Shown here: positions 1-10,220 of the stretch, one piece after another
Numbering within the stretch: position 1 is the stretch's first letter
Layout: every line of letters starts with the position of its first letter
Source: Macrostomum lignano
Lineage: Eukaryota
Length of the DNA: 64,000 nt
Direction of reading: 5' to 3'
Assembly: GCA_002269645.1 (NCBI GenBank)
Contig: NIVC01000257.1
Location: forward strand, 248,001 to 312,000
Notes under the pieces: model-generated
Told to the model about the DNA's origin: nothing
What the model saw: only the letters and a program-made list of their open reading frames with translations
The model's database searches: none
Program-made: the position numbers and the translations under genes

Positions 1-294
1 TGCCAGAGCGTCGTGTACAGCACCAGGCTGATCCAGAGCGCCAATCTGGCCTCTGACTGGCAGGAGTGCTGGTACGGCGGCGCCTTTATGGACGCCAGGA
101 TGTCGGAGGCTGAGCAGCTGGAGCAGGTGTCGGCCTACCTGGCGGCCAGGCCGGACGAGTTCCGTGCGGACCGGTGCAGGCGGCCCTGGTATTGGAATTT
201 GCCCTACGTCCGACTGAAGATTGTCAGGCAGGATTTCACTACCAGGACTTTTAATGAGACTCTGGTGCTCACGTCTACGGCGCTGTTTGCTCAG
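1..294 (+). CDS. DEG/ENaC (amiloride-sensitive channel superfamily) internal exon; 5' part lies outside the window
   Basis: Frame 1 CQSVVYSTRL...YVRLKIVRQDFTTRTFNETLVLTSTALFAQ resembles the post-thumb C..Y, beta11-beta12 and pre-TM2 region of ASIC/ENaC. Donor CAG|GTGCGC at 294/295, phase 0. Confidence 0.75.
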
Positions 295-543
295 GTGCGC
301 GCTGGGTGGAGCGTCCGACCCCTGGTTCGGTTTGGTGTGCGGCCCCATACTCACACACCAATGAGGACACAGCATGCAGAGAGTGTGAAGTGCGCGCCTG
401 CGTACGGTATTGGCACGCTTGTGTGTGCTAAGGAGTCAGCGGAATGGGCAGAATATGTCGCCGAGAAGGTGGGACGCCATTGAAGAATCGATAGGGAAAT
501 TAATCAACAATTTAGTTCGAAAATCCCTACTTAATCTCGACAG

Positions 544-915
544 GTGGGCGCGGCGCTGGCCTTCTACTTGGGCCTCACCCTGACCTTCGCAGCCGAGATC
601 GTCGACCTCGCGCTTCGCCTCGCCGCCCTCGCGTTCCGCTGGGCTGCCGGTAAGTCGATGACCTCAAGGTCGACGGGCAACTTGGCGTCGGCGGCGGCGA
701 CGCGGCAGCAGCAGCGACGCATGATCGGCGTTGGCGTCTCCGTGGACGACTCGATGAACGAGGAGAGGGGCACCCTGAGGTCCTGGACGGCCGGGGCCAC
801 GATGGCAACGTCGGGCACGTCGGCGGAAACCGCCCTGTTGGCGCCGATGGCCGCCGTTGAGATGCGCAGCGTCGCTACGTGGACTGACGGCGAGGGGGGA
901 ACGAAAATTGGGTGA
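544..915 (+). CDS. DEG/ENaC TM2 and cytoplasmic tail exon (probable last coding exon)
   Basis: Acceptor ctcgacag|G at 543/544, phase 0. The joined LFAQVGAALAFYLGLTLTFAAEIVD aligns gap-free to the ASIC TM2 [25 protein letters not shown]. TGA at 913-915; possible donors at 650 and 912 leave the 3' end ambiguous. Confidence 0.75.
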   Translation: MGAALAFYLGLTLTFAAEIVDLALRLAALAFRWAAGKSMTSRSTGNLASAAATRQQQRRMIGVGVSVDDSMNEERGTLRSWTAGATMATSGTSAETALLAPMAAVEMRSVATWTDGEGGTKIG

Positions 916-1454
916 GACTAGGTGGAGACTGGGATGAGACTGGGTGAGACTAGGATGAGACTAGGGTGAGACTGGGTGAGACTAGGGTGAGACTAGGTGG
1001 AGACTGGGGTGAGACTGGGTGAGACTAGGGTGAGACTAGGTGGAGACTGGGGTGAGACTGAGTGAGACTAGGGTGAGATGGGGATGAGACTAGGGTGAGA
1101 CTAGGTGAGACTATGGTGAGACTATGGTGAGACTGTGAAGACTGCATTGAGGCTGGGATGAGACTAGAGTGAAAATATGGTGAAACTAGGTGGAGACTGG
1201 GGGTGAGACTGGGGTGAGACTATGGTGAGACTAGGGTGAGACTAGGGTGAGGCTATGGTGAGACTGGGGTGAGACTGGGTGAGACTAGGTAGAGACTTGG
1301 GTAAGACTGGGGTGAGACTGGGTGAGACTAGGTTGAGATGGGGATGAGACTAAGGTGAGACTAGGTGAGACTATGGTGAGACTGGGGTGATAATAGGGTG
1401 AGCTTACGGTGAGACTAGGGTGAGACTAGGTGGAGACTAGGGCGAGACTGGGGT
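911..1454 (+). repeat. Minisatellite, 10-12 bp (GGTGAGACTAG)
   Basis: Direct reading. Confidence 0.95.
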
Positions 1455-2033
1455 TCTCTGTTGGAAAGCTTCCAATAAAAAATATCGGTAGTTGCAATTG
1501 TAGTGCAGACGGCATCGCGAACATTGGCTTGTATTATTATGCAATATTTTCCCAGCCACCTGGCATTCTCCCTTGTTAAAATATATCGCTTTGAAGAGGA
1601 AGCTTTAATCCCCAGAGTATTGAGTTCCTGTTTGCAAATTCCTGTTTGCTTAGTGCGGCTCCCTTGATGTTTCTTAAAGAAGGTTGCATCTGGATTGTTC
1701 TGCAATTCAAGTAGCCAGCGCTTAGTGTTCCAGACGCTTCTGCTCCTAAATCTGCTGGTCATTTATTGCTGCTTATCGCATTGCGGCTTACGATAGGCCC
1801 TCTCTTTATCTTTTTAATGCTTTTCATGGGCTTCAGAACTGAATGCTTCAGTGTGTTTGCTCGAATTGAACTGAATTCAAAAGCTGGAATTCAGGTCTGT
1901 CTGTGTTCTGTGAAAGGCTTGCAAAATTATGTGAATTGACGACTGTGCACATACCATGTGTACTATTATAGTACCTGTGAACAACCTATATAAGCCTGTA
2001 TACTTACATGCAATATATAAAGCTTGTGAAATT

Positions 2034-3024
2034 TCTGTGTACTGCCCTGTCTACAGTCTGTGTACTGCCTGTCTCAAGTCTGTGTACTGCCTGTCTACAA
2101 TCTGTGTACTGCCTGTCTACAGTCTGTGTACTGTCTAAGTCTGTGTACTGTCTAAGTCTGTGTACTGCCCTGTCTACAGTCTGTGTACTGCCTGTCTCAA
2201 GTCTGTGTACTGCCTGTCTACAATCTGTGTACTGCCTGTCTACAGTCTGTGTACTGTCTAAGTCTGTGTACTGTCTAAGTCTGTGTATTGCCTGTCTACA
2301 GTCTGTGTATTGCCTGTCTACAGTCTGTGTACTGCCTGTCTACAGTCTGTGTACTGCCTGTCTACAGTCTGTGTACTGCCTGTCTACAATCTGTGTACTG
2401 CCTGTCTACAGTCTGTGTACTGTCTAAGTCTGTGTACTGTCTAAGTCTGTGTACTGCCCTGTCTACAGTCTGTGTACTGCCTGTCTCAAGTCTGTGTACT
2501 GCCTGTCTACAATCTGTGTACTGCCTGTCTACAGTCTGTGTACTGTCTAAGTCTGTGTACTGTCTAAGTCTGTGTATTGCCTGTCTACAGTCTGTGTATT
2601 GCCTGTCTACAGTCTGTGTACTGCCTGTCTACAGTCTGTGTACTGCCTGTCTACAGTCTGTGTACTGTCTAAGTCTGTGTGCTGCCTGTCTACAGTCTGT
2701 GTACTGCCTGTCTACAGTCTGTGTACTGCCTGTCTACAGTCTGTGTACTGCCTGTCTACAGTCTGTGTACTGCCTGTCTACAGTCTGTGTACTGTCTAAG
2801 TCTGTGTGCTGCCTGTCTACAGTCTGTGTACTGCCTGTCTACAGTCTGTGTACTGCCTGTCTACAGTCTGTGTACTGCCTGTCTACAGTCTGTGTACTGT
2901 CTACAGTCTGTATACTACCTGTCTACAGTCTGTGTACTGCCTGTCTACAATCTGTGTACTGTCTACAGTCTGTGTACTGTCTACAGTCTGTGTACTGCCT
3001 GTCTACAGTCTGTGTACTGCCTGT
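2034..3024 (+). repeat. Minisatellite, 22 bp (CTGTGTACTGCCTGTCTACAGT) with 17-bp variants
   Basis: Direct reading. Confidence 0.95.
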
Positions 3025-4252
3025 GTCCGAGGAAAGACAGTGTAAGATTTCCACTATCTGAATAAACAGTCAGATGAAGTGTAAAAATTAAATCGGCAAT
3101 GCTGGCTCTCAACTCAAATAGCAAACTTCAGTTCACAGTTTTTATTAGTTTGTCAATAAATTGTTCGAATGCAACATTGTCATTTTAATTCTCGCAGAAA
3201 CGCAGACTAAAAAAATGACAGAAAAAGCGGATTTTTACGCATGGTGAATGAAGCGAAATTTTCTATCAAAGTTAGCGCTATGACTTTAAGCAACAGGTTA
3301 GCGGTGCAAGCGCATTTTAGCCAATCATAAGCAAGAAGGGCAGACGGAGACAGCGTTAATTAAAACAAATTTAACAGACGCCGTGACGCAGTTTAACAAC
3401 ACCGAATAATCAATTCAAACAAATAAATTTCAAAGTGACTAAAATTATTTGAAAAAAATTTGCACAGAGACAAAAGTTAGCAAAATCACACGCAACCTTA
3501 TTACTCACAGTAGAATATTGGTGTATTGTAAATTTATTAATACTAGTAGCAGTAGGAGCAGCACGAACTGCGGGATCACAAGTCAGTTCAGAGGTTTTGG
3601 GTTGTCGACAAGCGGAGAAAAGGCAGAAAAAAATCTGTACAATATTTTTGTTATTAAGTAAATGAATTCCAGCTATCTATCATCTGTGAGTTAGCAACGG
3701 AAACCAATGCCTCACTGCCAATGAGTAGTCACTATCAATGAGTCATTGTTATGCTAAATTACTCTCTGTCAGTAATTCTTAGGAAGCATGCTATGAGCTA
3801 GAAATTACTCATTAGAATCCTTATCACTGATTGAAGTCTTCCTGACTCAAATTCAACGAGTGACTACCGATGTGCATGATCATTAATGGTCATAGCAATA
3901 CTTATGAGTGAATTAGAGTTCTAACGATTTGTTACTAAGGGTTCATAAGGATTCTAATGAGTCATAAGTATACTCTAGAATGCATTCATTCAAATTCTTA
4001 TCATCCATTGAAAATGATTTACAAAGATTCAAAGGTACTCATTATCAGTGAGTCATAAGAATACTAATGAGTCGTTATCAATGAATCATAAGAGTGCTAA
4101 TGTCACTATAAGTGAGTAATAAAATGCTAGTGAGTCACTTTCAATAAGTCACACAGTAATTTGCCATAATTGATGACTCATTCCAATCTAGACTGTCTCC
4201 CAAATTAAGGAATTAATTTGTAACTTACGAGCTATCTACCATCAACCAATGC

Positions 4253-4714
4253 GACTAGTATCAGGTGGATTTGAGACTAGTGTCAGTTGGACTTGAGACT
4301 AGTGTCAGGTGGACATGAGACTAGTGTCAGGTGGATTTGAGACTAGTGTCAGCCGGACTTGAGACTAGTGTCAGGTGGACTTGAGACTAGTGTCAGGTGG
4401 ACTTGAGACTAGTATCAGGTGAACTTAAAACTAGTGTCAGGCGGACTTGAGACTAGTGTCAGGTGAACTTGAAACTAGTGTCAGTTGGACTTGAGACTAG
4501 TGTCAGGTGGACTTGAGACTAGTATCAGGTGAACTTGAAACTAGTGTCAGGTGGACTTGAGACTAGTGTCAGGTGGACTTGAGACTAGTGTTAGGCGGAC
4601 TTGAGACTAGTGTCAGGCGGACTTGAGACTAGTGTCAGGTGGACTTGAGACTAGTGTCAGTTGGACTTGAGACTAGTGTCAGGTGGACTTGAGACTAGTG
4701 TCAGGCGGACTTGA
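4253..4714 (+). repeat. Minisatellite, 22 bp (GAGACTAGTGTCAGGTGGACTT)
   Basis: About 21 units; overlaps the otopetrin stop codon. Confidence 0.95.
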
Positions 4715-5608
4715 ACTGGTAGGCCTCTTTCCAGACGGTGGCCAGGGCCACCACGCTGTGGAAGCGGAACAGACAATGCAACGGCCGGGTCAGGTGGTCC
4801 GCCACAGCGAATGCAACCCGGCCGAACGCTGGCCCCAGGCGGGCCTCCGCCAGCCGCAGCGGCTCCGTGGCCGCGAACGCGAACAATGCGACGTTGCACA
4901 CTAGCAGGAAGGTCACGAGTTCGCGTCCGGGCTTCTCGCGCTCGTGCAACGCTTTGTAGGACATCCGCTTCAGGGCGGTGCACACGAAGGCGGCCTGCAC
5001 GCTGGCCTGAAGCAGCTGGGCGGCGCTGCAGGCGGCCACGTGCGGCCCGGGCGGCGGGCCCGCCATCAGCGGCAGCAGCCAGTGCGCCAGGCTGCCGGCC
5101 AGGGTGGCCAACTGCAGCGCCTCGTCCAGCCGCCGGTCCCGGCCGGACACGTACAGCATGTCGGCCATGCGAGGGAAGGCGGCCAGGGCAGTGGCGAGCC
5201 CGGCCGCCAGCAGGGCCAGCTCGCCGCAGTAGGAGGCCAGGCTGCCCGCTAAGTAGTACTGCGGCTGCTGCATCAGCACCCCGGATGCCAGCAGGGCCAC
5301 CGCGCCGCCGACTAGGGCTGCCAGGCCGAGGAACAGGCCGCGGTGCGAGCCGGCACAGTCGAGGCCGCCGCCGCCGTGGCGCCGGTGGCAGCGGGAGGAG
5401 GCCGCGGTGTCCGCCACGGGGTCGGCGGCCTCGACCGATCCCGATGGTCGGGCCTGCGGCGGCGACTGCGGTGCAGGCGGCTGCTGCTGCGACTGCTGCT
5501 GATGCGCCGGCGAAGTCAGGGTGCCGTCTGGCGAGCTGTCTAGCGATGCTGAATCGAACCTGCGACTGCCGGGTCGGCCGACGTTGCGCCATGTCATCCA
5601 CAGGATGG
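4701..5608 (-). CDS. Otop: Otopetrin exon 8 (C-domain TM7-TM12, stop)
   Basis: DC.GSHRGLFLG, LD..L, KPGRELVTFLLVCN and FRFHS...WKEAY motifs; acceptor cccccag|CC; 908 nt. Total CDS 2820 nt = 939 aa plus stop. Confidence 0.95.
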
Positions 5609-5670
5609 CTGGGGGGAGTTCGTGGGGATGAGGCTGGGTCGTTTGAAACTCTATACAATAGTTTGTCATT

Positions 5671-6137
5671 TGAGTCATCCGAGTTATCATCACTGACGAG
5701 TCATCCAAATCAGCATCAATGAGTCATCCAACTCATCATCAATGAGTCATTCAAATCAGCATCAATGAGTCATCCAAATCATCATCATAAGTCATCCAAA
5801 TCATCATCAATGAGTCACCCAACTCAGCAACAATGAGTCACCCAAATCAGCAACAATGAGTCACCAGTCACCCAACTCAGCAACAATGAGTCACCCAACT
5901 CAGCAACAATGAGTCACCCAACTCAGCAACAATGAGTCACCCAACTCAGCAACAATGAGTCACCAGTCACCCAACTCAGCAACAATGAGTCACCCAACTC
6001 AGCAACAATGAGTCACCCAACTCAGCATCAATGAGTCACCCAACTCAGCAACAATGAGTCACCAGTCACCCAACTCAGCAACAATGAGTCACCCAACTCA
6101 GCATCAATGAGTCATCCAACTCAGCAACAATGAGTCA
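5671..6137 (+). repeat. Minisatellite, 23 bp (CAATGAGTCACCCAACTCAGCAA)
   Basis: Fills otopetrin intron 7; 18 TGAGTCA copies counted. Confidence 0.95.
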
Positions 6138-6178
6138 GTGAGTTACGGAATCAGCCGTGGCCCGCAGTTCTGACTCAC

Positions 6179-6476
6179 CCGCAGCCAGCAGGCTGTACTG
6201 CACAGTGGTCGGGAACAGGTAGGGGTCGCTGCGAGCCACCAGGCCCTTCAGCACTTCGCCAGTCTCCGAGGCGCATCGATGCAAGCTGACATTCGCTGAA
6301 GCCGCTCCGCCCGCCGCGCCAATGCCGCCCGAGTCGCTGGTGGAATTTTTGGCCGGCTCAGCCAGGATTTCGGCCACGCTCTCCTTGGCAACCGTGCGGA
6401 GCCACACGCACAGGTTGGTGGCGATCAGGTGAGCCAGGCCGAACCTTGCCAGCGCCTTGTACTTGTGGATGCACAT
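6179..6476 (-). CDS. Otop: Otopetrin exon 7 (TM5-TM6)
   Basis: MCIHKYKALARFGLAHLIATNLCVWLRT...PYLFPTTVQYSLLAA contains the hallmark ARFGLxHxxxTNxCVW; acceptor catttcag|ATG, donor G|GTGAGT; 298 nt. Confidence 0.95.
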
Positions 6477-6483
6477 CTGAAAT

Positions 6484-9400
6484 GGTGAGATTGGGCAATG
6501 AGATTCTGGGTGAGATTCTGGGTGAGATTCTGGGTGAGATTCTGGGCGATGAGATTCTGGGCGATGAGATTCTGGGCGATGAGATTCTGGGTGAGATTTA
6601 GGTGAGGTTCTGGGGGAGAATCGGAGTGAGATTCTGGGTGAGATTCTGGGCAATGAGATTCTGGGTGAGATTCTGGGCGATAAGATTCTGGGGAGAATCG
6701 GTGGGAGATTCTAGAGAGAATCGGTGTGAGATTCTGGGAGAATCGGTGTGAGATTCAGGGAGAGAATCTGTGTGAGATTATGGGAGAGAATCTGCGTAAG
6801 ATTCTGGGAGAGAATCTGTGTGAGATTCTGGGAGAATCGGTGGGAGATTCTGGGGAGAATCGGTGGGAGATTCTGGGGAGAATCGGTGTGAGATTCTGGG
6901 GAGAATCGGTGTAAGATTCTGGGGAGAATCGGTGTGAGATTCTGGGAAGAATCGGTGTGAGATTCTGGGGGAGAATCTGTGTGAGATTCTGGGAGAATCG
7001 GTGGGAGATTCTGGGGAGAATCGGTGTGAGATTCTGGGAGAATCGGTAGGAGATTCTGGGGAGAATCGGTGTGAGATTCTGGGGAGAATCGGTGGGAGAT
7101 TCTGGGGAGAATCGGTGTGAGATTCTGGGGAGAATCGGTGTGAGATTCTGGGAGAATCGGTGTAAGATTCTGGGAGAGAATCTGTGTGAGATTCTGGGAG
7201 AATCGGTAGGAGATTCTGGGGAGAATCGGTGTGAGATTCTGGGGAGAATCGGTGGGAGATTCTGGGGGAGAATCTGTGTGAGATTCTGGGGAGAATCGGT
7301 GTGAGATTCTGGGAGAATCGGTGTAAGATTCTGGGAGAGAATCTGTGTGAGATTCTGGGAGAATCGGTGTGAGATTATGGGAGAGAATCTGCGTAAGATT
7401 CTGGGAGAGAATCTGTGTGAGATTCTGGGAGAATCGGTGGGAGATTCTGGGGAGAATCGGTGTAAGATTCTGGGAAGAATCGGTGTGAGATTCTGGGAGA
7501 ATCGGTGTAAGATTCTGGGAGAGAATCTGTGTGAGATTCTGGGGAGAATCGGTGTGAGATTCTGGGGAGAATCGGTAGGAGATTCTGGGGAGAATCGGTG
7601 GGAGATTCTGGGGAGAATCGGTGTGAGATTCTGGAAGAATCGGTGTGAGATTCTGGGGAGAATCTGTGTGAGATTCTGGGAGAATCGGTAGGAGATTCTG
7701 GGGAGAATCGGTGTGAGATTCTGGGGGAGAATCTGTGTGAGATTCTGGGAGAATCGGTAGGAGATTCTGGGGAGAATCGGTGGGAGATTCTGGGGAGAAT
7801 CGGTGGGAGATTCTGGGAAGAATCGGTGTGAGATTCTGGGGGAGAATTTGAATGAGATTCTGGGGGAGAATCCGAGTGAGATTCTGGGGAGAATCGGTGT
7901 GAGATTCTGGGAGAATCGGTGTGAGATTATGGGAGAGAATCTGCGTAAGATTCTGGGAGAGAATCTGTGTGAGATTCTGGGAGAATCGGTGGGAGATTCT
8001 GGGGAGAATCGGTGTAAGATTCTGGGAAGAATCGGTGTGAGATTCTGGGAGAATCGGTGTAAGATTCTGGGAGAGAATCTGTGTGAGATTCTGGGGAGAA
8101 TCGGTGTGAGATTCTGGGGAGAATCGGTGGGAGATTCTGGGGAGAATCGGTGGGAGATTCTGGGGAGAATCGGTGTGAGATTCTGGGAAGAATCGGTGTG
8201 AGATTCTGGGGGAGAATCTGTGTGAGATTCTGGGAGAATCGGTAGGAGATTCTGGGGAGAATCGGTGGGAGATTCTGGGGAGAATCGGTGTGAGATTCTG
8301 GGAAGAATCGGTGTGAGATTCTGGGGGAGAATCTGTGTGAGATTCTGGGAGAATCGGTAGGAGATTCTGGGGAGAATCGTGGGAGATTCTGGGGAGAATC
8401 GGTGGGAGATTCTGGGAAGAATCGGTGTGAGATTCTGGGGAGAATCGGTGGGAGATTCTGGGGAGAATCGGTGGGAGATTCTGGGAGAATCGGTGTAAGA
8501 TTCTGGGAGAGAATCTGTGTGAGATTCTGGGAGAATCGGTGGGAGATTCTGGGGAGAATCGGTGTGAGATTCTGGGGAGAATCGGTGGGAGATTCTGGGG
8601 GAGAATCTGTGTGAGATTCTGGGAGAATCGGTGTAAGATTCTGGGAGAGAATCTGTGTGAGATTCTGGGAGAATCGGTAGGAGATTCTGGGGAGAATCGG
8701 TGGGAGATTCTGGGGAGAATCGGTGTGAGATTCTGGGAGAGAATCTGTGTGAGATTCTGGGGGAGAATCTGTGTGAGATTCTGGGAGAATCGGTAGGAGA
8801 TTCTGGGAGAATCGGTGGGAGATTCTGGGGAGAATCGGTGTGAGATTCTGGGAAGAATCGGTGTGAGATTCTGGGGGAGAATCTGTGTGAGATTCTGGGA
8901 GAATCGGTAGGAGATTCTGGGGAGAATCGGTGGGAGATTCTGGGGAGAATCGGTGGGAGATTCTGGGAAGAATCGGTGTGAGATTCTGGGAGAATCGGTG
9001 TAAGATTCTGGGAGAGAATCTGTGTGAGATTCTGGGAGAATCGGTGGGAGATTCTGGGGAGAATCGGTGTGAGATTCTGGGGAGAATCGGTGGGAGATTC
9101 TGGGGGAGAATCTGTGTGAGATTCTGGGAGAATCGGTGTAAGATTCTGGGAGAGAATCTGTGTGAGATTCTGGGAGAATCGGTAGGAGATTCTGGGGAGA
9201 ATCGGTGGGAGATTCTGGGGAGAATCGGTGTGAGATTCTGGGGGAGAATTTGAATGAGATTCTGGGGGAGAATCCGAGTGAGATTCTGGGGAGAATCGGT
9301 GTGAGATTCTGGGGAGAATCGGTGTGAGATTCTGGGGGAGAATCGGTGGGAGATTCTGGGGAGAATCGGTGTGAGATTCTGGGGAGAATCGATAGGAGAT

Positions 9401-10220
9401 TCTGGGGAGAATCCGAGTGAGATTCTGGGGAGAATCGGTGTGATATTCTGGGGAGAATCGGTGTGAGATTCTGGGAAGAATCGGTGTGAGATTCTGGGGG
9501 AGAATCTGTGTGAGATTATGGGAGAATCGGTAGGAGATTCTGGGGAGAATCGGTGGGAGATTCTTGGGAGAATCGGTGTGAGATTCTGGGGAGAATCGGT
9601 GGGAGATTCTGGGAGAGAATCGGTGGGAGATTCTGGGGGAGAATCTGTGTGAGATTCTGGGGAGAATCGGTGGGAGATTCTGGGGGAGAATCTGTGTGAG
9701 ATTCTGGGGGAGAATCTGTGTGAGATTCTGGGAGAATCGGTAGGAGATTCTGGGGAGAATCGGTAGGAGATTCTGGGGAGAATCGGTGTGAGATTCTGGG
9801 GAGAATTTGAATGAGATTCTGGGGGAGAATCCGAGTGAGATTCTGGGGAGAATCGGTGTGAGATTCTGGGGAGAATCGGTGTGAGATTCTGGGGGAGAAT
9901 CGGTGGGAGATTCTGGGGAGAATCGGTGTGAGATTCTGGGGAGAATCGATAGGAGATTCTGGGGAGAATCCGAGTGAGATTCTGGGGAGAATCGGTAGGA
10001 GATTCTGGGGAGAATCGGTAGGAGATTCTGGGGAGAATCGATAGGAGATTCTGGGGAGAATCCGAGTGAGATTCTGGGGAGAATCGGTGTGATATTCTGG
10101 GGAGAATCGGTGTGAGATTCTGGGAGAGAATCTGTGTGAGATTCTGGGAGAATCGGTAGGAGATTCTGGAGGAGAATCCGAGTGAGATTCTGGGGGAGAA
10201 TCCGAGTGAGATCCTGGAGA
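6484..10220 (+). repeat. 3.7-kb minisatellite, 21-23 bp (GGGAGAATCGGTGTGAGATTCT) with block duplications
   Basis: Rare variants recur in blocks (e.g. TTGAATGAGATT near 7848, 9250, 9807). Confidence 0.95.

Noticed and set aside
1415-1762. ORFs 1415-1762(-), 10374-10802(+), 11121-11600(-) and 33799-34002(+)
   Set aside because: No recognisable motifs or consistent splice phases; they may be degraded TE or non-coding sequence, and a BLASTX would be needed.
4657-5722. Overlapping alternative-frame and antisense ORFs over GC-rich exons (also 52788-53876, 56914-57643, 45601-46003)
   Set aside because: Stop-poor shadows of high-GC coding sequence; only one frame carries family motifs.
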